Shown here piece after piece: positions 36,016 to 49,070 of a stretch of DNA of 64,000 bases. This DNA comes from Vicugna vicugna (taxonomy: Eukaryota): positions 1,789,652-1,853,651 of the forward strand of contig MU062470.1 of the NCBI GenBank assembly GCA_013265495.1, read 5' to 3'. How positions within the stretch are numbered: position 1 is the stretch's first letter; each line of letters begins with the position of its first letter. Below the pieces are notes generated by a model, which made no database searches, was not told the DNA's origin, and worked only from the letters and a program-made list of their open reading frames with translations. The translations under genes were made by a program, and so were the position numbers.

Positions 36016-37559
36016 CCCCCCAAATTTTCTTTAATGTTTTAAATAAGTCATCAGGGCAACACAGGGTTCATTACGTGCAGGCCAGGCCTTTCCCATGCGA
36101 TGGCAGCTGAAGATTTGTAGCGAGTCCTTGCGGTAAGGCTTGGACTTACCTGCAACTGCCTTCAACTACCAGCCCTGAAAAGTCTGCAAACTATCGCTGG
36201 GGGGGGCTAACCGGGGGCAGCAGAGGAAATGACCCGGGTGGAAAATGAGCACGCGGCGACAGAGGCCGTCCCTTCTCCACCCCAAGGCCCCCAGCCAGCA
36301 GGAAGGGCCGCTTGTGCTGGGCCCTGCGGGTCCTGACGCTCCGTCCGCAGCCACAGGCCAGTGTTTGCTGAGGAACATTTCCGGGAGCCAGCAGCCTCGA
36401 GGATCACTTACACCTGACACCAGCGCTGAGTGGACAGGAGTTTCTCTAAAAACAGTTGTCTCTGAGCCCGGGGCGCTTTGGGGAATGGCTGTCCGAAAAT
36501 GGTTGACAGCTGCTCCCCTTCTCTGCCTGCCTTTGGGTTTTCGCTCACAGCCACTAACACAGCCTTTTGCTGCATTAATCGCTCACGAGCCAGGAGTCGG
36601 AGGTGCTGTTACTACAAGTAAGAACTCGCATAGATGAGGCAGGAATGAGCAAGTGAAAGGGACAGATTTCAGGACAGTTGGCCGCTGAGCTCTGATCCCT
36701 GAGGAACCACAGGTTTGTCCTAATAAGTACAGATCGGGGTGGGAGGGACGGGAGAAGCCTCGGGGCTCTGGTTCCTCGTCCGCATCGGAGTCTGCACTCA
36801 AACCCCAGACGCCGGTTAACTCAGGCTTCCGCCGTCTTGGACAGGCTCCCGACGAGCCTGTGACTTCTTTCTGCTTATTTCAGGCGTACTTTTTAAGGCG
36901 ACTCCACGTCCACTCTTCTGGGAAAATAGTTGACATTGAGAATGTTGAGCAGGTTTAAGGGGCTTTGAATGAACTTGGGTTTGTGTTGGAGATGGACGTG
37001 CAGACCTCGTCAGGACTCAGCTTGCCCCCGCCTCGTCTCCAGGGTGCGGAGAGTGATCTCGGGGGGAGCATGGAGGCTCCTTGTGTTCTCCCTCCTCCCC
37101 GGGATGAACCCTCCCAGCCTCCCCCCGCGTGGCTCTGCAGGTGCCTGGAAGGGGACCGCCAGGCCCTTCTGCTGGGCGAGCAGGGGGTTTCCGCCAAGAC
37201 GACCACCTTGCGGCTGCTGGGGGGCCTCCCAGGAGACAAGAAGGGAGAGCTCGGCTTCCAAGCCTTGAGGGAGGCCTGTTACCCAACGGTTTGTTTTGGA
37301 GAAGAGGGCGTTTGCACCGACTGTAATTAATCCCTCCAGCAAAGCCCGAACCATGTGCCAGGTGTCTCCCGTCTGAGGCTGTGCTTCACCTGCCTCCCGT
37401 CAACTTCACCCGAGATGGGCAGACCGGCCGTGTCTCCAGGGGGCCGGGTAGCCCGAGAGGAGACCCACGGCCAGGTTCTCGGGCTCGTCTGCAGTGCGAC
37501 TGGGAGGCACGGGCCCACGTGGCAGCGCAGGGGCAGAGAGCACAGGGCCTCTCCCGTGA

Positions 37560-37960
37560 GTCAGCCTCGGTCGCCGTCCGAGCACCGGCACAGACGCAGG
37601 CTGGCATCGTCACCCCTGACACGGGGTAGGAGACGGACTCTCCTGAGCTTCGGACTCGAGGAGCTTTTCGGTCTTCAGCCCTGAGCTGCAGACTGTCAGG
37701 AAGACAGGGGCACCGACTGGGTCCCCGTCCTCCTCCAGGAGTTTGATCCAGTCAGAGACTTGAGACCATGACACAGGGAGCAAGGACAGGGCGCCCAACG
37801 TCCTCGGACACTCGGGTGACACAGCTGCCAAGTGTCTTGGAGGTGACGGTGGGGCACAGACCCAGGGAGAGACCTCGGGAGGACAGAGGCGTGAAAGACG
37901 TGGGCGGTATCTGAAGCATGGCCAGGACTTCAACAAGTGGAGGGAAGTGGGAGGGAGTCC
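37560..37960. mobile_element. Possible degenerate L2 fragment
   Basis: Weak resemblance to the L2 3' region (ccccgtcctcctccaggagtttgatccagtcagagac). Confidence 0.35.
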
Positions 37961-40469
37961 TGATGCCCCACGTACAGCCGGGGGTGGGGGACAGAGGGAC
38001 CACCAGCCTGCCCAGACCAAACCAAGGAAGGCGTCGTGGTCCCCCTACTTCCTGAGTCGGGGCAGGTCCTCGGTGGAGACAAGGCTGGGGTCCTGGCATT
38101 CTTCCTCCTGTCCTCGCCCTGCACAAAACCAGCGCGAGTGTCTCCTTTTCCAGCCCATTTGCCACTGGGGGTCTGGTCTGATTTGGGGGGGCTGGAGCTG
38201 AGGGGGAAGCTGTGTTCCAGCAGCTGGGCTGTGGGGGCTCCCTCAGCAAGAGCCCGGGGCGAGCCAGCAGCTGGGGGCACCCATGTGCCGCTGCAGGTCC
38301 CAACCAGCGGGACGGGGCTGGAGCTGGGAGGGAGGTGGTGGCTTCTGGGCCCGAGAGGCTTTCTGGGCTGGAAGCTCCTGTGTCCAGGCCGCGGTGGCCT
38401 GTTCTGAGAGGCGGCTTTGGGAATCGTTGCTGCCCGTGAGTCTGCTTCCTCAGCCTTACGTGCGCCGTGACCTGCTGACTGTCCTGCAGTGACTCTTCCG
38501 CTAAAACCAGCCTCCGGTGGCTGAGGCCCCACTGCCCAGGACGGAGCCGCCCCGCACGCCGTGGGCCACGAGGACTTCCAGCAGTCGAGGGTGCGTGAGG
38601 TCTCACAGGAGGACGCCCCTCGGAGAAGGGAGGGTCTTAGGAACATGGCTCTTAGCAGAATCCGCCCTGGAGCCGAGCCCGGCAGCCAGACACCTGCGTG
38701 TCCCCGGGGAGCATCTGAGAGTCGGCGCCATGGCCTTCCCACTTGCGGTTTCTCAAGGCTGGTCTGGTGCCAAGACAAGCATGTGCTTCCCAGAAGGCAG
38801 CTTCCTGGGAGAGAGGGGAAACAGATCTCCGCTGGTAACTGACCGTATCTTTGCATGGAGTTTAATCACCAGGAGAGCACGTTCACCCGCCCTTCCTCGC
38901 CAAAGCGGGGGCTGATCTGCCTGGGACTGAGCAGGGGGCAACCTCCGAACACAGAGGGGGAGCCTGGCATCCTTCCTCCGTGTTGCCCAGCAGACGTCCC
39001 CAGCCTGAGGGGCAGAGCAGAGAAGCCGAGGGCCAGGAGTGCGTCCTCCCGGCCCTGCCGTGAGCTGTGCGCCCGCGTCCAGTTACTGGACGTGTGAGTG
39101 TCAGGCCTGACGAGGGACTCGCCCTCAGACACCGCCTGCAGTGCGGGGAGCAGGGCGCTGTCTTCCAGCGTCTCCTGATGCCTCCCCGACATGAACCACG
39201 GGCACGGTAGGTTCTCAGCGCTTGCTTGCAGTGAGTCCAGCCACTCCTCTGCCGGCGGCCACAGAAGAATCTAGCATCCTGTCTGATGGAGCCACCACCT
39301 CTTAGCCTTTCTCCACACAAATATTGAAACTTAAGCCCCTAGATTACCGAGAAACTTCACCCGCCTCCCAGCCCCACCACATCAGCAGTGAGAATGTGAG
39401 TCCTGAAGCTGGGGTGCCCGGTGGGGACTGGGGGTTAGGGACCAAAGCCAGGGGTGTGCCAGCATGCAGAGGTCAGGCGGGAAGGGGAAGAGGACAGAGG
39501 AGGCCAGAAGTGGGGAAGAGGGAGGAGAGCTGGGAGAGGGCCGTGTCCCAGGGACACAGAGGGGCGTGTCCACAGGAGGCAGAGGCGACTGGGGGAGGTC
39601 CTGTGAAGTGGGGACGGGGAGGTGGTGTGAGGAACAGGAGGGGACGCAGTGACCGCACACAGCTCTCCGGGGACTCTGTGACGGGGACACAGGAGATACA
39701 GCCGAGGACAGGGGAGTGCTGCACACCAGAGCGCATCTCCGTTGTCAGGACTAACCCACTAGAGACAGCCCGGCAGGGCCAGGGCTTGACAAGTGGGAGG
39801 GAGGGGTTCTCGGACTGGGGTGGGGACGTAGCCCGCTGTAAGTGGATGAGTGAAGTGGGGCAAACTCGGGGGCTCGACAGACTGAAGGTGGAGACACAGG
39901 GAGTTCCGGACGGTGGCTGGGAGCAGGGGCAGGGTTGGAGGGCCGGGCAGAGGGACAGCTGGGTCTGAGACGGCCAGTGGGTAATGTTAGTGACTTTCAG
40001 GAGCTCTCATCATGAAATTAAGACGCTCTTTGCTCCCACCAGATTCTCTGGTCTTGAGGGAGGGATGGTGTTTGGTATGTTGGCTTCTCTGAGCAGGAGC
40101 TGAGGGCACACGAGAGCCCGTGCCTGCCCAGAACGTCCCCTGCTCCCGGGGACCCCAGTGGCGTGGGCTGGACTCAGGGGACCTTTCCCACGGGTGGAAA
40201 GGCCATCGGCCGCCCTCTCTCACGTCCCTTTGGCCTCGAGGAAAGGGATGGAGCGGTGTGAATACCGGGACCCCGGGACCCCAGGCCCCTGACCCTGCCG
40301 AACACCTCCACTCTGACCAAGTGGTCCGTCTGAGACACGAGTCTGGATACTTACCTTCCCGCAAACCGAAAACAGAAGAGTTTGTTTGAAGAGCTTATTT
40401 TTAAATCTACCCTCAGTCACATCAAATGGGTTGTTTTAAATGGTTCTGCATAAACAGCAAAAACTGTAT

Positions 40470-40885
40470 AGGTTTTTCAAAAGCAGCTTTATCGAGATGC
40501 GGTTCCCACGCCTTACAGTTTGCCCATTTAAAGGGTAAAATTCAGTGGTTCTTAGTCTCTGCGCAGAGTTGGGCGACCATCGCCACGATCCCTTTCAGAC
40601 ATTCTTCTCGGCCCGTGAGGAAATCCCACCGCCACTGGAAGCCCCCTGCCCCCGCCCCCACAGGACCCTAGTCTGCTTTCTGTCTCTGTGGACCGGCCTG
40701 GCCTGGGTGCTTCGCGGACGGAATCGCACAGCATCTGGCCCCTTCGCTGACCTCCTTCGCCCGCGCGTGGTTTCCGCGTCCACCCGTGCTGGAGCGTGCA
40801 GCCCCCACCCGGTCAGTGTCCCGTTTGGACGTGTTGCCTGTATTTGCTCGTCAGTTGATGGTCATTTGGGCTGTTTCCACTTTCA
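40470..40885 (-). mobile_element. L1MB-like 3' UTR, unusually GC/CpG-enriched
   Basis: cagctttatcgagat...cccatttaaagggtaaaattcagtgg...ctagtctgctttctgtctctgtgga...cagttgatggtcatttgggctgtttccac. Confidence 0.85.
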
Positions 40886-42479
40886 GATGACAGAGGCTTT
40901 AAACCACTCAAAACGCATTTCCTCCACCCGCCGTCCCGGGAGAAGGCACCTGAGCCTCACCTGGGTTCAAGGCTGAGCTCACGGTGCGTGACGTCGGGCC
41001 GCCACGCCGGCTCTCCGAGACCTCGGCCCGCTGCCGTGGTCGGGCACCGTGTCCAAGGAGGTGCACCCTGGGCCGAGTGCGGGCCCGGCCGTTCTTGACA
41101 CACTTGTCGGCTTGGCTTTAACATCCACCCTGAAAAGCAGACCCGATGGCCAGTCAAGCTTCCACTGGGTCTGGTCTCTTTCTCTTTTTAAGCCCTTCTC
41201 AGCGTTGCCCCAAGTGCAACACTTTCCTGACCTGACAAACTGCGCTTCACAGTCTGATCAGAGAGTGAGATGGAGAGTGTCGGCTTGGTTCCCCGTGACA
41301 GCTGCGCCTGGACCATCTTCCCGCCAGGTGCGCGCAGGAAGGCCACCAGCCCCGGGGAGGGCACGTCTCCGAGGGACTGGTGACCTCGCCAGCCCCAGGG
41401 ACCCTGCGTGTGGCCTCGTTTCTCAGCTGAACTCCTGCCGCTGGGCCCGGGCGGGGAGAAGCGCGGACCTCCGAACCCTGGGCGCAGGGAGGGGAAGGTC
41501 GTGGCCGGGCGGCTTCCTGGAGGAAGGAAAACAGAAGCAGTTGTGTTCTCTGGAAGGCAGGGCTCCAGGCACAGCGACTCATGTTTTCAAACTAGGAACG
41601 CATCCACGGCTAATATTTGGATGGGCCCTCAGGCATCTCTCTCACTGGGGCCTGGGCGCTCGCATCAGAGACCAAGGGCCCTGGCTGTGCCCCTGTGGGG
41701 AGGGCAGCTTAGCTCGGGGTGGGCAGGGCCAGCCCGTGGGAGTGGTTCTGGAGGTAAAGCAGTCCACTCCCAAGACCCCAGGTCGCCGGCCCTTCACCTC
41801 CGCTCACCCCTGTTTGCCCCCCAGGACTGCTGACTCCTCCGGGCCCGGCCAAGGACAACACCGGCCAGTGGAAAGGAAGCACGTGCTGCCCCCAGAGCCT
41901 GGACCACGTGGCGTCTCCCCTGGTGGAGAAGGCGGGGAAAGAGCAGAACTCGCTTGGTCCAGTCGCCTCTTCCACGGTGCTTCCAAAGCCTCCCCCAGGG
42001 AGGAAGCTCGGGTGGGTGGCAGGGCCGTGCTGAGTCGGGCAGCTCCCCGCTCCCAGACTGCAGGGGGTCAGCCCAGGGAAGACCCCCATGCACAGCCGGA
42101 CCCCAGGAGCACACGGTGCAGGGGTGGGGTGCAGCCAGCACAGAAATGACCCAAGGGAGGGGAACTGGGTGCAGGGAAGTGGGGGGAGCACCGTTGGGGA
42201 ACACGGGGGTCTTTAAAGGACAAGGATCCCCCTGGGCTGCACAGGAGCGGGGAAGAGGACTGGGAGTGAGGGCGGCTCCGGGTGCCGGAGCAGGACAGGC
42301 CAGGGAACAGCAGTGAGGGGTGTGAGCGCGTGTGCACTGACGTGTCTGTGGTCATGCTAGGGACCCGCCGCCCACCTGCACAGTCCTGTGGACGTCTGGA
42401 CACTCCCCTTTGGACGCCCACCACACCTTACTAAGTTACTCCTAAGACTGTCAGTCTTCTCACTGACGGAGAAAGGCAT

Positions 42480-42860
42480 GTCTCTTTGATCAACGAGCAG
42501 AGTCTTTAACAAATTCAAGCCTTCAGAAGACCTGAATAAATGAAAAGACACAGTCCACAGCCCTGAACGAAAACCTTAATCTTGCAAAAACAGAAACACT
42601 CCAGATTAAACTAAGTGTTTCATGTAATCCCACTCAGCATCCCAGTGGGATGCTCTTGTGAATCTGGATTTAAAGTCCAGCCAAGTCTTCAACGAAGAAT
42701 CACATTTTGATCATATATGAAACCTGTAACAATAAACTAGATGGTGCTCATGTAGAAATAGCTGGCAAATTTACAAACAAAACCAGGTCATTCAGTTATT
42801 ACAATGGATTACACTGGAAGCTGTGTTGAAACAACTCTTGTCATTTGGAAAACAATCCCC
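42480..42860 (+). mobile_element. Degenerate L1 ORF2 fragment
   Basis: gaagacctgaataaatgaaaagacac...aatcccactcagcatcccagtgg...tgaaacaactcttgtcatttggaaaa. Confidence 0.55.
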
Positions 42861-43467
42861 CAGCGGCCTGGCCAGCGTGAAGCCCGGCGGTTCTCAGCGC
42901 ACGCTGGGATGCGTCTGCAAGTCAGTCCCGGCGCTCCCCGCTGGTCTCCCTCCCGGGGCCGTCAGCGGGTAGGAGGGAGGGAACCGCCCCATGGGTATCA
43001 GACCACCGCCTGTCTGCCCGTAAACACGCGCAGGGTCCTGCGCGGGTCCAGGAGGACGTGCCATCTGCGTGGGAGCCGTGCTTCTGAGAGAGCACTGGGA
43101 GGGGGCACAGCGGACACAGGTCCGCTTCCAGCAGCTGAATTTACGTTTGGGGAGGGGCTGGTCCTTCTCCCTGGGGAGAAAAAGAGTCAACCAAGGACCA
43201 GATGCAAGGGAAAAGCAACGGACAGTGGCTTCACCGTGGGCTTGGGGGTAAGGTTTCAAAACGAAGGATTGCCAAGAACCGTACGCAGGACATCCCACAA
43301 TACAGTCTACCCAAACCCTGTTAAGATCACGTGGGTGCCTAGAAAGGAGGCAGGACAGGACAGGAAGAAAAAGAAGCAGTGAGTGTTCTGGGGCCGGTGG
43401 GGACGGTTACACCACAGTGAGTGTGTACTCAGTGCCCCTGCGCTGTGCGCTGAAGACAGTTAAAACG

Positions 43468-43580
43468 AGGGGTTGGTAGAGCTGAGGGGCAGAGGGCAAG
43501 CTTAGCGTGCATGAGGTCCTGGGTTCCACCCCAGTACCGGTGAAACAAATAAATAAATACAAACAAACCTAATTGCCCAT
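43468..43580 (+). mobile_element. Vic-1-like SINE inserted in an L1MB 3' end, with target-site duplication
   Basis: cttagcgtgcatgaggtcctgggttccaccccagtacc plus an aaataaataaatac tail; GTTAAAACG is repeated at 43459-43467 and 43590-43598, and the flanks rejoin as the L1 3' terminus. Confidence 0.85.
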
Positions 43581-46500
43581 CAAAAGATGGTTAAAACGGT
43601 ACTTTTTACCACATTGAAAAGGAGGAAGAGGAGAGAAAGCTGAAGGCCAGCCTCCCACTCTGCGCCCTGAGCGCCCGGGGGACCCGCGCAGTGAGTGGCT
43701 TTCTCCTTCCTCCCTGGCCTGCGTCCTGTGACTGTCTGTGGGGAGGGGTCCCGGGGCAGAGCCCACACGCCTGAGCCGCAGCTGCCCTCTGTCCTCCTGT
43801 TGCCCCTGCGCTCAGGCTGCCGCGTCTCGGGGACCCCGCCTGTCTCCCCATCGCGTCTCCCTGGTGCCCTCCATACCCTCGTGTCCCCGCAGGTGCGCTA
43901 CCAGACTCTGTTCCTACCTTGACGCTCTGGTCCCTGAGCGCAGAGACCCTCTCCGGCCGCACAGGATGTGCTGATTCCCAAAGGAAGAGGGAGTTCAAAC
44001 CGCGAACCTCCTAGTTGCACCGTGGGACTGGCCAGACCACCTGCCGCCACAGTGCCCAGGTGAGCACAGGTCACCTGCAGGCTTGGGGCGGGAGGGTGGC
44101 GGGGGTGCCTCTGAGTTTTGCGGCCACTGGGCGGTGCCCCCTGCAGACCTGTGCCCCAGGCCCGCAAGGCTCCTGGGCTGTACCCAGGACCACGCTCACT
44201 CAGTCAGTACAAATTATGATGCCAACATTTACATCCTGAACACGCAGTGCCCTGTTTTCCTGGAGTTTAGAGATTTAGAAACATGCGTGTAATGAACTCA
44301 CTGAAGATTTTAAATGGGCAATGTAGAAAAATAATGATTTTCATAGTATTTCATGTCAACTTACTTTTCCTTACAAATCCTGGCACCAGCGCTCAGTCTA
44401 ATGCTTACTGATAAAACATTGTCAGGTGACGGGGGTCCAGTCTCATGGCTGTTCGTGAAAACGCTGTGATTCAGACTCAAGTGTCTGACTCTGAGGCAGT
44501 TTTCTTTTTCAGAGGAAGCGTTGCTGTTGGAACAAATCAATCACTAATGATCCGAGTTAACAAAGAAATCTGGCGTGTGTGACATAACGCAATGATGACT
44601 CTGCACGCAGTAGCCCCAGTGCTCACTAAAATGTGATTTATGTTCAGGGTCGGGCAGAAACCATCGGCGTGTAAAAGGTCTTACCTTGCATCAGCTTTCC
44701 TGTGGAAAGAGTTCGGTAAAATAAGATACATTCTCTCAAACACAAATTTTATACGGGTTTAAGACGTCAACAACATATAGTTGAGAAAGACTAATGCAAA
44801 TTTTAATTTCTCAGAGTAATAAAAGCAACGTAAGTGCAGGATAGAAATGTTTAAAAATAAAGATGCATAAAGAAAATGACACAATCCCACACGACCCTGC
44901 ACCAGCGATGACCACACCCTGGCACGTCTAGAACTTAAATGCCTGCTGGTTGGCTGGTGGGAACCAGAGCCTCCACACAGGTCTTCGAGGTCACCCAGTC
45001 CAAGCCGTCCCTTTGCAGAGGAGGAAGCAGCACAGGGGCAAGGTGGCCGAGCCGGGGTGCAGCCTGGGCGGAGGCCAGCGTTCTCCCCACCCGTCCTCGA
45101 GGGAGCTCGGCCTCAGCCCCAGGCCCTGGGCAGCCGGGAGCTCTGTGCCACACACCTCTCAGGTCAACCAGACCTGCTCCTAGGACAGCTGGGCCTGCGT
45201 CAGAAAGGCAGCCTGGCTCCTCAGAACTGTCCCCTTGCGGAGGGCTCCCCCGGCGGAGCGTCCTGCTCTCAGCTCCCGTCAAGGACACCTCAGCGGGCCG
45301 CGGAAGTGACACAGCTCCCAGCTCCCCTCCCGCCCGCCCGCGTGGCGCACCTGCCCTTCACGGTACTGGTTCCCACTGACAGGGGGCCACTTAAGTGGTC
45401 TCCTCCACCAGCACCCCGGCCCTCGCCTGGCGCCTGGCCAGCTTACTGCCAACCCGCTGGAACCATCAAACGTTTTTCCTTTCGGGACATTTTGGTGTAA
45501 GTTGCTGTGAGACTCGATCGTCCTGTTCCAGCGGAGAAGGACCCCAGCACTTGCTCGGCCCTGTGATGCTCAGATGCTGTAACAGGAACCATCCTTTCAT
45601 TCCCGTTTTCCTCACGAGGAAACCCAGTCACACAGCCAGGGACAGGCAAGCCGAGGTGGAAATGCAGCTCTCGCACTCGTACTTCCCTTCCGGGTGGCGC
45701 TGCTGCTTCCAGGAGCGTGACCCTAGTCTCTGCACATTGTAGAGGGTGGTTCTGTCCAAGCGACAGTCACTCCCCGAGGACCCAGCATCCCCAGAATTGA
45801 AAGTGGCCAATTAGCTTTCATGACACACTCAGTAATGCTCCCTCCTGGGTTGTGGCTAAAAGGAGGAAAAGCCGAGAGAGCTAGGAGGTTGTTGGGCTTG
45901 TCCCCAAAGCCCTGAGCGGTGGGTGGAGTCATGGGTGGTGGCGGGGACGAACCCAGGCCTTTCTCAGAAGCAGCCACAGGTCATCACCGCAGCCGGGATG
46001 CAGGGTCCCCGGGAAGGCAGTGTGAGCAGACCCACAGTGCTGAGACGGGGCGCGTCTTGAATTAGCCAGAACCCGTTTTTCTGGGAAGGAGAGCATGAGT
46101 GAGTTAAGTGACCTATATATGTGCCTAGACCTGCAAATGCCCTGGGGCAGACGATTCTGCCCTTGGGACTCAAGTCCTCTCCTTATACACACAACAAATA
46201 TACGTGCTCCCTTCCGTCCTCAAGATGTCGGAGAACTTGCAGAAGCCGTCTGAACCCACAAACCCGGCTCTGCCCTGAGGCACGGTCCTCTGAGTCTTTG
46301 TTTCCTCTCACAACCACGGGGAAAGAAGCTTTTCCACGTAAAACACAGAAATGACACAGCGCTGCCTGACTTAATTCTTAAATTCAGCGTCTGCTCAATC
46401 CAAGCCCCCTCGCTGGTTACGGGTTCCTCGCACTACAGGTCTTGAGACGAGTCAGTCCGGCGGTGGCAGACGTGTGCCCTGCGGCCAGTCCGCGGGAGAC

Positions 46501-47249
46501 GGCGGGCCCCACCCCCGCGCACCCTGCCCGGAGCCCGGCCACCCCTCAGAGGCACCACGTCCGGCACCCCTGCCGACTGCAGCTACATCGGGTGGAGACC
46601 TGCTTGCCCCCCGTGGAGTCCGACCCCCTCCTTCTACAGCGGAGGCCTGCGGAGACTAAATGGTGGAACCGGACGGAGCCAGGGCCTCACAGGTGGCAGG
46701 GCCAGCGCTGGAATCGAGGCCTCTGACCTCCTGCCCCGTGTCCACAGCCAGGTCCTCCTTACACCTTTAGGGCCGCACGACCCAGCTCCACTAATAACGC
46801 GTTCAATCAGCAGTCACTGAGGACCTATCACCCCCAGGCACTTTCCCAAGGATTTTGAAGAAGGAAGTTTTACAAAGTTAATGATCGTAAGAGACTTCGT
46901 GACTACTCCGCACTACTAGCAGTCTTGTCAGTGAGTTTCCTGTTTCCTCTCTGGTCCCTCACTGGCCACTGGGCTGCCAGAACCCCTGTAGAGAACATGA
47001 CTATGTATGGCTTTGCTGGAAAAGCGATTACGGAAGGAACGGCATACATGGCTCCAAGCCTCACGTCAGGTGTAGGAGAGAATGAAGATCTAATGCTCGC
47101 AGCCCTGACCACATCTCAACTATCACCCAGCAGTCAAATGTCAGCTGACGGTCGCCTGCATGAGAGGGAAGGCAGCACTGGACCAGGTTCCCGCAGCCCG
47201 GGTTTCGGCTCCGTCCCCGCCGGCAGCCGGTGACTCAGCCCAGGCCCGC

Positions 47250-47480
47250 CCGCCCCTCTCTCCTCATTTGCAAAACGACTTTGTGTCCTGCCTGCCTGGC
47301 AAGGCTGTTACTAGGATTAATAATAGTAATAAAAACCGCACCGCTCTGGTGATTCAGCACCCAGCTCACCCTTTCACAACAGCCCTGGGAGGTGGGTGGG
47401 TGGGTATAACGACCCCAATTAAGGATGAGAAGTCCAGGGCCCAGAGAAGTGAAGTAACTTGCCTGGGGTCCCCGGCGAGA
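47250..47480. mobile_element. MIR fragments (sense then antisense)
   Basis: ctctctcctcatttgcaaaac...aggattaataat, followed by cacaacagccctgggagg...gatgagaagtccagggcccagagaagtgaagtaacttgcc. Confidence 0.7.
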
Positions 47481-47749
47481 AGGTGGCCTTGAGCGGGTGG
47501 GCGCCTGCTCTCCACCTGGGGCATGTTCCCCTCACGCTTCTCCAGTGGAGGCCACCCGCTCAGACCCGCACAGGGCGCCGGCCGTGGGCCGTGGAGGTGG
47601 CTCCGGGCAGCGTTTCCTGGGTGTGGAAATGAGGCGAGGTTTCCCGTGAGCAGCTTCTGCTGCCCTTGGACTCGGGCTGCGCGCTCCAGGCGGGTCCCCT
47701 CCCCACCATGCACACTGGCAACCGTCTCCACCTGCGTCCTCTGAAGTGT

Positions 47750-47792
47750 CCACACACGCACACACACGCACACACAGACACACATACACTCA
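47750..47792. repeat. Imperfect (CA)n microsatellite
   Basis: cacacacgcacacacacgcacacacagacacacatacactcacac. Confidence 0.9.
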
Positions 47793-48184
47793 CACCTCTT
47801 ACTGCAAACAGTGGGACGTCCCCGTATCAGACCCCTCAGAATTGTGAACAGCAGCCTCCTGAAGGCACGGGAAGGTCAACACAGGGTCTTGCCCAGGAAA
47901 AGGCTGGAGGAAGAGGCAGAAGTCACACGCCACGTTGGTCAGCGGCCTCCCTCTGTTCCCAGCTGGCCCCAGGACGCCGGCAGGGACCACCAGCACCACC
48001 GCCCTGATCCCTAGGGGTCTGGGCCTTTCTCCATGTGGACACGCGTATCCTTGTGTTTCCAGAAGCCACTGTTCCTCACCACCCCCCGCCCTGGGCCCGT
48101 GGGGGACTGCCAGCGGACCAACGTCCTGTGTGGGGGGCCACTCTTGGCGTTATGGGGGGACAGCAGCTCTGCAGCAGTGACTCC

Positions 48185-48324
48185 NNNNNNNNNNNNNNNN
48201 NNNNNNNNNNNNNNNNNNNNNNNNNNNNNNNNNNNNNNNNNNNNNNNNNNNNNNNNNNNNNNNNNNNNNNNNNNNNNNNNNNNNNNNNNNNNNNNNNNNN
48301 NNNNNNNNNNNNNNNNNNNNNNNN
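48185..48324. other. Assembly gap (140 N)
   Basis: Run of N followed by a (TG)n tract. Confidence 1.
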
Positions 48325-48394
48325 GTGTGTGCGAGTGTGAGTGTGTATGTGTGTGTACATGTGAGTGTGTGTGTACGTGTGAGAGTGTGTGTGT
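48325..48394. repeat. Imperfect (TG)n microsatellite
   Basis: gtgtgtgcgagtgtgagtgtgtatgtgtgtgtac..., abutting the gap. Confidence 0.9.
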
Positions 48395-48574
48395 GGAACA
48401 AGGCAGTGCCCTCCGTGCGGCGCAGTCGGAGACCTCCGCGCCCACTGCCCTTCATTGTCTTTGGAATCAGATTGCCCCTTTCTCACCCTTCTGATCAGCC
48501 TTGTATGACCCCTGGCCCCTCACCTGAAGGAGGTAGTCTGAGCTCCCGGACCGCTGACCCCCGGGCTCCCTGCC

Positions 48575-49070
48575 CTGTACAGAAGATGCAGTCAAAGACA
48601 TAACACAAGAAACATTTTCCTGAAAAAGAGAATGAACAGAACTTTGTATCGAAAGAACCACATTTCAGGAAATTCTGATACAGAATTAAGCTGTTGCATT
48701 TCAAGGTGGAGAATGAATTCTTAAGGCATCAGGCAGAAGAATCAAAACACCTACAAGGCAAAAACAAATCCATCTGACGTCTAATGTGCCCACAGCAGCA
48801 GCCAGGGCCAGAGACACGGGCGGCCCCAGGCATCCCCGGGACCCCCAGGGAAGCGGGGAGCAGGTGGGGAAGGACCGCGGTGGAGCAGCCACGCTCCCAG
48901 GGCCGCCCGTGAGCAGGCCCGCAGCCGCGCTGCTGACCACGGCGCGGGGAGCGACAGCCTGCACAGGGCAGAGCAGAACGTGGCCGCAAAACAGGGGGCA
49001 GAGAGAGGGGTACACGAAAGGGCATCTGTTACCTCTCGAAGCCGAGAGTTGACAAACACTGTCCAAAACC
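48575..49070 (+). mobile_element. Old L1 ORF1-region fragment
   Basis: caaagacataacacaagaaacattttcctgaa...gaattcttaaggcatcaggcagaagaatcaaaacacctacaagg...atctgacgtc. Confidence 0.55.

Noticed and set aside
37752-38856. 284-aa and 308-aa overlapping minus-strand ORFs
   Set aside because: Two frames open at once in GC-rich DNA, partly over L2-like sequence; no domain similarity recognised.
41049-42149. 366-aa + strand ORF (longest in the window)
   Set aside because: GTG start, G/P/R/A-rich low-complexity composition, no recognisable domain, and overlapping ORFs in several frames; expected in GC-rich, stop-poor DNA.
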